Source: Eledone cirrhosa (Eukaryota). Taken from it: a stretch of DNA of 64,000 nucleotides. Under the pieces are notes generated by a model. That model was not told the origin of the DNA. It searched no databases and saw only the letters and a program-made list of their open reading frames with translations. Location: assembly GCA_964016885.1 (NCBI GenBank), contig OZ024741.1, forward strand, positions 7,068,001-7,132,000, written 5' to 3'. Of this stretch, positions 39,468 to 52,084 are shown piece after piece (the stretch's first letter is position 1; every line of letters starts with the position of its first letter). The translations under genes and the position numbers were made by a program.

Positions 39468-40882
39468 GTTGAGGGTATAAATAGGTTTAAACTAGGAATG
39501 TTAGGTTCAGGGTATAAACTGGTTTAAACTAGGAGTGATGGGTGAAGGCTATAAATAGGTTTAAACTAGGAATATTAGGTGGAGGGTATAAATAGGTTTA
39601 AACTAGGAGTGTTAGGTGGAGGGTATAAACAGGTTTAAACTAGGAGTGTTAGGTGAAGGGTATAAACAGGTTTAAACTAAGAGTGTTAGGTGGAGGGTAT
39701 AAATAGGTTTAAACTAGGAGTGTTAGGTGAAGGGTATAAACAGGTTTAAAATAGGAGTGTTAGGTGAAGTGTATAAATAGGTTTAAACTAGGAATGTTAG
39801 GTGGAGGGTATAAATAGGTTTAAACTAGGAATGTTAGGTGGAGGGTATAAACAGTTTTAAACTAGGAGTGTTAGGTGAAGGCTATAAATAGGTTTAAACT
39901 AGGAATATTAGGTGGAGGGTTTAAATAGGTTTAAACTAGGAGTGTTAGGTGGAGGGTATAAATAGGTTTAAACTAGGAATGTTAGGTTCAGGGTATAAAC
40001 AGGTTTAAACTAGGAGTGTTAGGTGAAGGCTATAAATAGGTTTAAACTAGGAATATTAGGTGGAGGGTATAAATAGGTTTAAACTAGGAGTGTTAGGTGG
40101 AGGGTATAAACAGGTTTAAACTAGGAGTATTAGGTGAAGGCCACAAATAGGTTTAAACTAGGAATATTAGGTGGAGGGTATAAATAGGTTTAAACTAGGA
40201 ATGTTAGGTGGAGGTTAAAAATAGGTTTAAACTAGGAATATTAGGTGGAGGTTATAAATAGGTTTAAACTAGGAATGTTAGGTTGAGGGTATAAATATTT
40301 TTAAACTAGGAATGTTAGGTAGAAGTTATAAATAGGTTTAAACGAGGAATGTTAGGTGGAGGGTATAAATAGGTTTAAACTAGGAGTGTTAGGTGCAGGG
40401 TATAAATAGGTTTAAATTAGGAATGTTAGGTGGAGGATATAAATAGGTTTAAACTAGGAATTTTAGGTGGAGGGTATAAATAGGTTTAAAGTAGGAATGT
40501 TAGGTGAAGGGTATAAATAGGTTTAAACTAGGAATGTTAGGTGGAGGGTATAAATAGGTTTAAAGTAGGAATGTTAGGTGAAGGGTATAAATAGGTTTAA
40601 ACTAGGAATGTTAGGTGGAGGGTATAAATAGGTTTAAACTAGGAAAGTTAGGTGGAGGGTATAAAAGGTTTAAACTAGGAATGTTAGGTGGAGGGTATAA
40701 ATAGGTTTAAACTACGAAAGTTAGGTGGAGGGTATAAATAGTTTTAAACTAGGAAAGTTAGGTGGAGGGTATAAATAGGTTTAAACTAGGAATGTTAGGT
40801 GGAGGGTATAAACAGGTTTAAACTAGAAATGTTAGGTAGAGGGTATAAATAGGTTTAAAGTAGGAATGTAAGGTTGAGGGTA

Positions 40883-41149
40883 TTTTTTAAAATTAAAAAA
40901 AATATATATATACATATATATATATTTTTTTTAGATCGGCTTTCGTCAAATCGGACCAAGGAAACAATGTTTCCATTGGTCTTTTCAATTGCTGATACTA
41001 TCTATCGGTCGCAACTCCAGGTAGAAGGAGCAATGTGAAATAAAGTGTCTTGCTCAAGGACATAACGCATCACCCGATCCGGGAATCGAACTCATAACTT
41101 CACGATTGTGACCCAATTCTCTAACCAACTCAGCCATACGCCTTCACAC
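40883..41149 (-). mobile_element. SINE copy 3
   Basis: Same insert with intact TSD and A/B boxes. It shares the GATCGGCTT variant and flanks with copies 1 and 11. Confidence 0.92.
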
Positions 41150-44100
41150 GTTGAGGGTATAAATAGGTTTAAACTAGGAATGTTAGGTAGAGGGTATAAA
41201 TAGGTTTAAACTAGAAATATTAGGTAGAGGGTATAAATAGGTTTAAAGTAGGAATGTTGGGTAGAGGGTATAAACAGGATTGAACTAGGAATGTTAGGTG
41301 GAGGGTATAAACAGGTTTAAACTAGAAATGTTAGGTAGAGGGTATAAATAGGTTTAAAGTAGGAATGTTAGGTTGAGGGTATAAATAGGTTTAAACTAGG
41401 AATGTTAGGTAGAGGGTATAAAGAGGTTTAAACTAGGAATGTTAGGTGGAGGGTATAAATGGGTTTAAAGTAGAAATGTTAGGTGAAGGCTATAAACAGG
41501 TTTAAACTAAGAGTGTTAGGTGGAGGGTATAAATAGGTTTAAACTAGGAGTGTTAGGTGAAGGGTATAAATAGGTTTAAAGTAGGAGTGTTAGGTGGAGG
41601 GTATAAATAGGTTTAAACTAGGAGTATTAGGTGGAGGGTATAAAAAGGTTTAAACTAGGAATGTTAGGTTGAGGGTATAAACAGGTTTAAACTAGGAGTG
41701 TTAGGTGAAGGCTATTAATAGGTTTAAACTAGGAATATTAGGTGGAGCGTATAAATAGGTTTAAACTAGGAGTGTTAAGTGGAGGGTATAAACAGGTTTA
41801 AACTAGGAATGTTAGGTAGAGGGTATAAATAGGTTTAAACTAGGAATGTTAGGTGGAGGGTATAAACAGTTTTAAACTAGGAATGTTAGGTAGAGGGTAT
41901 AAAGAGGTTTAAAGTAGGAATCTTAGGCGGAGGGTATAAACAGGTTTAAACTAGGAATGTTAGTTAGAGGGTATGAATAGTTTTATAGTAGGAATGTTAG
42001 GTAGAGGGTATAAATAGGTTTAAAGTAGGAATGTTAGGTGGAGGGTATAAATAGGTTTAAAGTAGGAGTGTTAGATGAACGCTATAAATAGGTTTAAAGT
42101 AGGAAAGTTAGGTGAAGGGTATAAATAGGTTTAAACAAGTAATGTCAGGTGCAGGGTATAAACAGGTTTAAACTAAGAATCTTAGGTGAAGGGTATAAAT
42201 AGGTTTAAACTAGGATTGTTAGGTGAAGGCTATAAATAGGTTTAAACTAGGAATATTAGGTGGAGGGTATAAATAGGTTTAAACTAGGAATGCTAGGTGG
42301 AGGGTATAAATAGGTTTAAACAAGGAGTGTTAGGTGAAGGCTATAAATAGGTTTAAACTATGAATATTAAGTGGAGGGTATAAATAGGTTTAAACTAGGA
42401 GTGTTAGGTGGAGGGTATAAAGAGTTTTAAACTAGGAATGTTAGGTGGAGCGTATAAATAGGTTTAAAGTAGGAATGTTATGTAGAGTGTATAAACAGGT
42501 TTAAACTAGGAATGTTAGGTGGAGGGTATAAACAGGTTTAAACTAGGAATGTTAGGTGGAGGGTATAAATAGGTTTAAACTAGGAATGTTAGCTGGAGGG
42601 TATAAATAGTTGTAAACTAGGAGTGTTAGGTGAAGGCTATAAATAGGTTTAAACTAGGAATATTAGGTGGAGGGTATAAATAGGTTTAAATTAGGAGTGT
42701 TAGGTGGAGGGTATAAACAGGTTTAAACTAGGAATGTTAGGTTGAGGGTATAAACAGGTTTAAACTAGCAGTGTTAGGTGAAGTCTATTAATAGGTTTAA
42801 ACTAGGAATATTAGGTGGAGGGTATAAATAGGTTTAAACTAGGAGTGTTAAGTGGAGGGTATAAACAGATTTAAACTAGGAGTGTTAGGGGAAGGCCATA
42901 AATAGGTCTACACTAGGAATATTAGGTGGAGGGTATAAATAGGTTTAAACTAGGAATGTTAGGTGGAGGTTAAAAATAGGTTTAAGCTAGGAATGTTGGG
43001 TGGAGGGTATAAACAGTTTTAAACTAGGAATGTTAGGTGGAGGGTATAAATATGTTTAAACTAGGAATGTTAGGTAGAATGTATAAACAGGTTTAAACTA
43101 GGAATGTTAGGTGGAGGGTATAAATAGGTTTAAACTAGGAATGTTAGGTGGAGGGTATAAATAGGTTTAAACTAGGAATGTTAGGTAGAGGGTATAAACA
43201 GGTTTAAAGTAGGAATGTTAGGTAGAGGGTATAAATAGGTTTAAAGTAGGAATGTTAGGTGGAGGGTATAAATAGGTTTAAAGTAGGAATGTTAGGTGAA
43301 GGGTATAAATAGTTTTAAACTAGGAATGTTAGGTTGAGGGTATAAACAGGTTTAAACTAGGAATGTTAGATAGAGGGTATAAACAGGTTTAAACTAGAAA
43401 TGTTAGGTAGAGGGTATAAATAGGTTTAAAGTAGGAATGTTAGGTTGAGGGTATAAACAGGTTTAAACTAGGAGTGTTAGGTGAAGGCTATAAATAGGTT
43501 TAAACTAGGAATATTAGGTGGAGGGTATAAATATGTTTAAACTAGGAATGTTAGGTGGAGGGTATAAATAGGTTTAAACTAGGAGTGTTAGGTGAAGGCT
43601 ATAAATAGGTTTAAACTAGGAATATTAGGTGGAGGGTATAAATAGGTTTAAACTAGGAATGCTGGGTGGAGGGTATAAATAGGTTTAAACTAGGAGTGTT
43701 AGGTGAAGGCTATAAATAGGTTTAAACTATGAATATTAAGTGGAGGGTATAAATAGGTTTAAACTAGGAGTGTTAGGTGGAGGGTATAAAGAGTTTTAAA
43801 CTAGGAATGTTAGGTGGAGCGTATAAATAGGTTTAAAGTAGGAATGTTTGGTAGAGGGTATAAACAGGTTTAAACTAGGAATGTTAGGTGGAGGGTATAA
43901 ATAGGTTTAAACTAGGAATGTTAGGTGGAGGGTATAAATAGTTGTAAACTAGGAGTGTTAGGTGAAGGCTATAAATAGGTTTAAACTAGGAATATTAGGT
44001 GGAGGGTATAAATAGGTTTAAATTAGGAGTGTTAGGTGGAGGGTATAAACAGGTTTAAACTAGGAATGTTAGGTTGAGGGTATAAACAGGTTTAACCTAG

Positions 44101-46043
44101 CAGTGTTAGGTGAAGGCTATTAATAGGTTTAAACTAGGAATATTAGGTGGAGGTTATAAATAGGTTTAAACTAGGAGTGTTAAGTGGAGGGTATAAATAG
44201 ATTTAAACTAGGAGTGTTAGGGGAAGGCCATAAATAGGTCTACACTAGGAATATTAGGTGGAGGGTATAAATAGGCTTAAACTAGGAATGTTAGGTGGAG
44301 GTTAAAAATAGGTTTAAACTAGGAATGTTAGGTGGAGGGTATAAATAGGTTTAAACAAGGAATGTTAGGTGGAGGGTATAAATATGTTTAAACTAGGAAT
44401 GTTAGGTAGAATGTATAAATAGGTTTAAACTAGGAATGTTAGGTGGAGGGTATAAATAGGTTTAAACTAGGAATGTTAGGTGGAGGGTATAAATAGGTTT
44501 AAACTAGGAATGTTAGGTAGATCGTATAAACAGGTTTAAAGTAGGAATGTTAGGTTGAGGGTATAAACAGGTTTAAATTAGGAATGTTAGGTAGAGGGTA
44601 TAAATAGGTTTAAAGTAGGAATGTTAGGTAGAGGGTATAAACAGGTTTAAAGTAGGTATGTTAGATGGAGGGTATAGAGAGGTTTATAGTAGGAATGTCA
44701 GGTGAAGTGTATAAATGGGTTTAAACTAGGAATGTTAGGTAGAGTGTATAAACAGGTTTAAACTAGGAATGTTAGGTGGAGGGTATAAACAGGTTTAAAC
44801 TAGAAATGTTAGGTAGAGGGTATAAATAGGTTTAAAGTAGGAAAATTAGGTTGAGGGTATAAACAGGTTTAAACTAGGAATGTTAGGTAGAGGGTATAAA
44901 CAGGTTTAAAGTAGGAATGTTAGGTGAAGGGTATAAACAGGTTTAAACTAGGAATGTTAGGTGGAGGGTATAAATAGGTTTAAAGTAGGAATGTTAGGTG
45001 GAGGGTATAAATAGGTTTAAACTAGGAAAGTTAGGTGGAGGGTATAAACAGGTTTAAACTAGGAATGTTAGGTGGAGGGTATAAACAGTTTTAAACTGGG
45101 AGTGTCAGGTGAAGGATATAAATAGGTTTAAACTAGGAATATTAGGTGGAGGGTATAAATAGGTTTAAAGTAGGAATGTTAGGTGGAGGGTATAAATAGG
45201 TTTAAACTAGGAAAGTTAGGTGGAGGGTATAAACAGGTTTAAACTAGGAATGTTAGGTGGAGGGTATAAACAGTTTTAAACTGGGAGTGTCAGGTGAAGG
45301 ATATAAATAGGTTTAAACTAGGAATATTAGGTGGAGGGTATAAATAGGTTGAAACGAGGAGGGTTAGGTGGAGGGTATAAATAGGTTTAAACTAGGAATG
45401 TTAGGTTGAGGGTATAAACAGGTTTAAACTAGGAGTGTTAGGTGAAGGCTATAAATAGGTTTAAACTAGGAATATTAGGTGGAGGCTATAAATAGGTTTA
45501 AACTAGGAGTGTTAGGTGGAGGGTATAAACAGGTTTAAACTAGGAGAGTTAGGTGAAGGCCATAAATAGGTTTAAACTAGGAATATTAGGTGGAGGGTAT
45601 AAATAGGTTTAAACTAGGAATGTTAGGTGGAGGTTAAAAATAGGTTTAAACTAGGAGTGTTAGGTGGAGGGTTTAAATAGGTTTAAACTAGGAGAGTTAG
45701 GTAGAAGGTATAAATAGGTTTAAACTAGGAATGTTAGGTGGAGGGTATAAATAGGTTTCAACTAGGAGTGTTAGGTGCAGGGTATAAACAGGTTTAAACT
45801 AGGAATGTTAGGTAGAGGGTATAAACAGGTTTAAAGTAGGAATGTTAGGTAGAGGGTATAAACAGGTTTAAAGTAGGAATGTTAGGTGGAGGGTATACAT
45901 AGGTTTAAAGTAGGAAAGTTAGGTGGAGGGTATAAATAGGTTTAAACTAGGAATGTTAGGTGGAGGGTATAAACAGGTTTAAACTAGAAATGTTAGGTAG
46001 AGGGTATAAATAGGTTTAAAGTAGGAATGTTAGGTTGAGGGTA

Positions 46044-46308
46044 TTTTTTAAAATTAAAAAAAAATATATATACATATATATATATTTTTTTTAGATCGAC
46101 TTTCTTCAAATCGGACCAAGGAAACAATGTTTCCATTGGGCTTTCCAATTGCTGATACTATCTATCTGTCGCAACTCCAGGTAGAGGAGCAATGTGAAAT
46201 AAAGTGTCTTGCTCAAGGACATAACGCATCACCCGATCCAGGAATCGAACTCATAACTTCACGATTGTGACCCAATTCTCTAACCAACTCAGCCATACGC
46301 CTTCACAC
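46044..46308 (-). mobile_element. SINE copy 4
   Basis: Same insert with intact TSD and several private changes (TTTCTTC, TATCTGT, GTAGAGG, GATCCAGG). Confidence 0.92.
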
Positions 46309-47834
46309 GTTGAGGGTATAAACAGGTTTAAACTAGGAATGTTAGGTAGAGGGTATAAAGAGGTTTAAACTAGGAATGTTAGGTAGAAGGTATAAATAGG
46401 TTTAAAATAGGAATGTTAGGTAGAGGGTATAAACAGCTTTAAACTAGGAATGTTAGGTAGAGGGTATAAATAGGTTTAAAGTAGGAATGTTAGGTTGAGG
46501 GTATAAACAGGTTTAAACTAGGAATGTTAGGTAGAGGGTATAAACAGGTTTAAACTAGGAATGTTAGGTGGAGGGTATAAATGGGTTTAAAGTAGGAATG
46601 TTAGGTGAAGGCTATAAACAGGTTTAAACTAAGAGTGTTAAGTGGAGGGTATAAACAGGTTTAAACTAGGAGTGTTAGGTGAAGGGTATAAATAGGTTTA
46701 AAGTAGGAGTGTTAGGTGAAGGGTATAAAGAGGTTTAAACTAGGAATGTTACGTGGAGGGTATAAATAGGTTTAAACTAGGAGTGTTAGGTGAAGGCCAT
46801 AAACAGGTTTAAACTAGGAATATTAGGTGGAGGGTATAAACAGGTTTAAACTAGGAATGTTAGGTGGAGGTTATAAATAGGTTTAAACTAGGAATGTTAG
46901 GTGGAGGGTATAAATGGGTTTAAAGTAGGCATGTTAGGTGAAGGCTATAAACAGTTTTAAACTAGTAATGTTAGGTGCAGGGTATAAACAGGTTTAAACT
47001 AGGAATGTTAGGTAGAGGGTATAAACAGGTTTAAACCAGGAATGTTAGGTGGAGGGTATAAATAGGTTTAAACTAGAAATGTTAGGTAGAGGATATAAAA
47101 AGGTTTAAAGTAGGAATGTTAGGTTGAGGGTATAAATAGGTTTAAACTAGCAATGGTAGGTAGAGGGTATAAAAAGGTTTAAAGTAGGAATGTTAGGTTG
47201 AGGGTATAAACAGGTTTAAACTAGGAATGGTAGGTAGAGGGTATAAATAGGTTTAAACTAGGAATGTTAGGTGGAGGGTATAAATAGGTTTAAAGTAGGA
47301 ATGTTAGGTGAAGGTTATAAATAGGATTAAACTAGGAATGTTAGGTGGAGGGTATAAATGGGTTTAAAGTAGGCATGTTAGGTGAAGGCTATAAACAGTT
47401 TTAAACTAGTAATGTTAGGTGGAGGGTATAAACAGGTTTAAACTAGGAATGTTAGGTGGAGGGTATAAATAGGTTTAAAGTAGGAATGTTAGGTGAAGGG
47501 TATAAACAGGCTTAAAGTCAGAATGTTAGGTAGAGGGTATAAATAGGTTTAATCTAGGAATATTAGGTGGAGGGTATAAATAGGTTTAAAGTAGGAATGT
47601 TAGGTGGAGGGTATAAACAGGTTTAAACTAGGAAAGTTAGTGGAGGGTATAAACAGGTTATAACTAGGAGTGTTAGGTGGAGGGTATAAACAGGTTTAAA
47701 CTAGGAAAGTTAGGTGGAGGGTATAAATAGGTTTAAACTAGGAATGTTAGGTGGAGGGTATAAACAGGTTTAAACTAGAAATGTTAGGTAGAGGGTATAA
47801 ACAGGTTTAAAGTAGGAATGTTAGGTAGTGGGTA

Positions 47835-48101
47835 TTTTTTAAAATTAAAAAAAATATATATATACATATATATATATTTTTTTTAGATCGACTTTCGTCA
47901 AATCGGACCAAGGAAACAATGTTTCCATTGGTCTTTCCAATTGCTGATACTATCTATCGGTCGCAACTCCAGGTAGAAGGAGCAATGTAAAATAAAGTGT
48001 CTTGCTCAAGGACATAACGCATCACCCGATCCGGGAATCGAACTCATAACTTCACGATTGTGACCCAATCCTCTAACCAACTCAGCCATACGCCTTCACA
48101 C
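47835..48101 (-). mobile_element. SINE copy 5
   Basis: Same insert. The TSD copies have diverged (left GTAGTGGGTA, right GTTGAGGGTG). Confidence 0.92.
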
Positions 48102-49923
48102 GTTGAGGGTGTAAACAGGTTTAAACTAGGAATGTTAGGTAGAGGGTATAAATAGGTTTAAACTAGGAATGTTAGGTAGAGGGTATAAATAGTTTTAAAA
48201 TAGGAATGTTAGGTAGAGGGTATAAACAGGTTTAAACTAGGAATGTTAGGTGGAGGGTATAAACAGCTTTAAACTAGAAATGTTAGGTAGAGGTTATAAA
48301 TAGGTTTAAAGTAGGAATGTTAGGTTGAAGGTATAAACAGGTTTAAACTAGGAATGTTAGGTAGAGGGTATAAACAGGTTTAAACTAGGAATGTTAGGTG
48401 GAGGGTATAAATGGGTTTAAAGTAGGAATGTTAGGTGAAGGCTATAAACAGGTTCAAACTAAGAGTGTTATGTGGAGGGTATAAATAGGTTTAAACTAGG
48501 AGTGTTAGGTGAGGGGTATAAATAGGTTTAAAGTAGGAGTGTTAGTTGAAGGGTATAAATAGTTTTAAACTAGGAATGTTAGGTGGAGGGTATAAACAGG
48601 TTTAAAGTAGGAATGTTAGGTGGAGGGTATAAACAGTTTTAAAGTAGGAGTGTTAGATGAAGGCTATAAATAGGTTTAAACAAGGAATATTAGGTGGAGG
48701 GTATAAACAGGTTTAAACTAGGAGAGTTAGGTGGAGGGTATAAACAGGCTTAAACTAGGAATGTTATGTTGAGGGTATAAAAAGGTTTAAACTAGTAGTG
48801 TTAGGTGAAGGCTATAAATAGGTTTAAAATAGGAATATTAGGTGGAGGGTATAAACAGGTTTAAACTAGGAGTGTTAGGTGGAGGGTATAAATAGGTTTA
48901 AACTAGGAGTGTTAGGTGAAGGTCATAAACAGGTTTCAACTAGGAATGTTAGGTGGAGGCTATAAATAGGTTTAAAGTAGGAATGTTAGGCGGAGGGTAT
49001 AAATAGGTTTAAACTAGGACTGTTAGGTAGAGGGTATAAACAGGTTTAAAGTAGGAATGTTAGGTAGAGGGTATAAATAGGTTTAAAGTAGGAATGTTAG
49101 GTGGAGGGTATAAATAGGTTTAAATTAGGAATGTTAGGTGAAGGGTATAAACAGGTTTAAACTAGGAATGTTAGGTAGAGGGTATAAACAGGTTTAAACC
49201 AGGAATGTTAGGTGGAGGGTATAAATAGGTTTAAACTAGAAATGTTAGGTAGAGGGTATAAAAAGGTTTAAAGTAGGAATGTTAGGTTGAGGGTATAAAT
49301 AGGTTTAAACTAGGAATGGTAGGTAGGGGGTATAAATAGGTTTAAAGTAGGAATGTTAGGTGAAGGTTATAAATAGGATTAAACTAGGAATGTTAGGTGG
49401 AGGGTATAAATGGGTTTAAAGTAGGCATGTTAGGTGAAGGCTATAAACAGTTTTAAACTAGGAGTGTTAGGTGGAGGGTATAAATAGGTTTAAACTAGTA
49501 ATGTTAGGTGGAGGGTATAAACAGGTTTAAACTAGGAATGTTAGGTGGAGGGTATAAATAGGTTTAAAGTAGGAATGTTAGGTGAAGAATATAAACAGGC
49601 TTAAAGTCAGAATGTTAGGTAGAGGGTATAAATAGGTTTAATCTAGGAATATTAGGTGGAGGGTATAAATAGGTTTAAAGTAGGAATGTTAGGTGGAGGG
49701 TATAAATAGGTTTAAACTAGGAAAGTTAGTGGAGGGTATAAACAGGTTATAACTAGGAGTGTTAGGTGGAGGGTATAAACAGGTTTAAACTAGGAAAGTT
49801 AGGTGGAGGGTATAAATAGGTTTAAACTAGGAATGTTAGGTGGAGTGTATAAACAGGTTTAAACTAGAAATGTTAGGTAGAGGGTATAAACAGGTTTAAA
49901 GTAGGAATGTTAGGTAGAGGGTA

Positions 49924-50188
49924 TTTTTTAAAATTAAAAAAAATATATATACATATATATATATTTTTTTTAGATCGACTTTCGTCAAATCGGACCAAGG
50001 AAACAATGTTTCCATTGGTCTTTACAATTGCTGATACTATCTATCGGTCGCAACTCCAGGTAGAAGGAGCAATGTGAAATAAAGTGTCTTGCTCAAGGAC
50101 ATAACGCATCACCCGATCCGGGAATCGAACTCATAACTTCACGATTGTGACCCAATTCTCTAACCAACTCAGCCATACGCCTTCACAC
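49924..50188 (-). mobile_element. SINE copy 6
   Basis: Same insert with left flank GTAGAGGGTA and right flank GTTGAGGGTG. Confidence 0.92.
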
Positions 50189-51825
50189 GTTGAGGGTGTA
50201 AACAGGTTTAAACTAGGAATGTTAGGTAGAGGGTATAAATAGGTTTAAACTAGGAATGTTAGGTAGAGGGTATAAATAGGTTTAAAATAGGAATGTTATG
50301 TAGAGGGTATAAACAGGTTTAAACTAGGAATGTTAGGTGGAGGGTATAAACAGCTTTAAACTAGAAATGTTAGGTAGAGGGTATAAATAGTTTTAAAGTA
50401 GGAATGTTAGGTTGAAGGTATAAACAGGTTTAAACTAGGAATGTTAGATAGAGGGTATAAACAGGTTTAAACTAGGAATGTTAGGTGGAGGGTATAAATG
50501 GGTTTAAAGTAGGAATGTTAGGTGAAGGCTATAAACAGGTTTAAACTAAGAGTGTTATGTGGAGGGTATAAATAGGTTTAAACTAGGAGTGTTATGTGAG
50601 GGGTATAAATAGGTTTAAAGTAGGAGTGTTAGGTGAAGAGTATAAATAGTTTTAAACTAGGAATGTTAGGTGGAGGGTATAAATAGGTTTAAACTAGGAA
50701 TGTTAGGTGGAGGGTATAAACAGTTTTAAAGTAGGAGTGTTAGATGAAGGCTATAAATAGGTTTAAACAAGGAATATTAGGTGGAGGGTATAAACAGGTT
50801 TAAACTAGGAGAGTTAGGTGGAGGGTATAAATAGGCTTAAACTAGGAATGTTATGTTGAGGGTATAAAAAGGTTTAAACTAGTAGTGTTAAGTGAAGGCT
50901 ATAAATAGGTTTATAATAGGAATATTAGGTGGAGGGTATAAACAGGTTTAAACTAGGAGTGTTAGGTGTAGGGTATAAATAGGTTTAAACTAGGAGTGTT
51001 AGGTGAAGGCCATAAACAGGTTTAAACTAGGAATATTAGGTGGAGGGCATAAACAGGTTTAAACTAGGAATGTTAGATGGAAGTTAAACATAGGTTTAAA
51101 CTAGGAATGTTAGGTGGAGGGTATAAATAGGTTTAAACTAGGAATATTAGGTGGAGGGTATAAATATGTTTAAACTAGGAATGTTAGGTAGAAGGTATAA
51201 ACAGGTTTAAACTAGGAATGTTAGGTGGAGGGTATAAATAGGTTTAAACTAGTAGTGTTAGGTGGAGGGTATAAATAGGTTTAAACTAGGAATGTTAGGT
51301 GGAGGGTATAAATAGGTTTAAAGTAGGAATGTTAGGCGGAGGGTATAAACATGTTTAAACTAGGAATGTTAGGTAGAGGGTATAAATAGGTTTAAACTAG
51401 TAATGTTAGGTGGAGGGTATAAACAGGTTTAAACTAGGAATGTTAGGTGGAGGGTATAAATAGGTTTAAATTAGGAATGTTAGGTGAAGGCTATAAACAG
51501 GCTTAAAGTCAGAATGTTAGGTAGAGGGTATAAAAAGGTTTAATCTAGGAATATTAGGTGGAGGGTATAAATAGGTTTAAAGTAGGAATGTTAGGTGGAG
51601 GGTATAAATAGGTTTAAACTAGGAAAGTTAGTGGAGGGTATAAACAGGTTATAACTAGGAGTGTTAGGTGGAGGGTATAAACAGGTTTAAACTAGGAAAG
51701 TTAGGTGGAGGGTATAAATAGGTTTAAACTAGGAATGTTAGGTGGAGGGTATAAAGAGGTTTGAACTAGAAATGTTAGGTAGAGGGTATAAACAGGTTTA
51801 AAGTAGTAATGTTAGGTAGAGGGTA

Positions 51826-52084
51826 TTTTTTAAAATTAAAAAAAATATATATATACATATATATATTTTTTTTTTAGATCGACTTTCGTCAAATCGGACC
51901 AAGGAAACAATGTTTCCATTGGTCTTTCCAATTGCTGATACTATCTATCGGTCGCAACTCCAGGTAGAAGGAGCAATGTGAAATAAAGTGTCTTGCTCAA
52001 GGACATAACGCATCACCCGATCCGGGAATCGAACTCATAACTTCACGATTGTGACCCAAACCTCTAACCAACTCAGCCATACGC
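51826..52084 (-). mobile_element. SINE copy 7 (10-bp deletion at the element 5' end)
   Basis: Same insert, but the junction reads CCATACGC-TGAGGGTG and lacks CTTCACACGC. Confidence 0.92.

Larger units (their letters stand above)
32320..44980 (+). repeat. Duplicated ~5.5-kb SINE-containing block at ~7-kb offset (~32320-38060 vs ~39500-44980); boundaries approximate
   Basis: GAGTGATGGG recurs at offset 7175, SINE copies 1 and 3 at offset 7065 and TAGATCGTAT at offset 6917. The offsets shrink by whole-monomer steps (110 and 148 bp). Confidence 0.8.
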
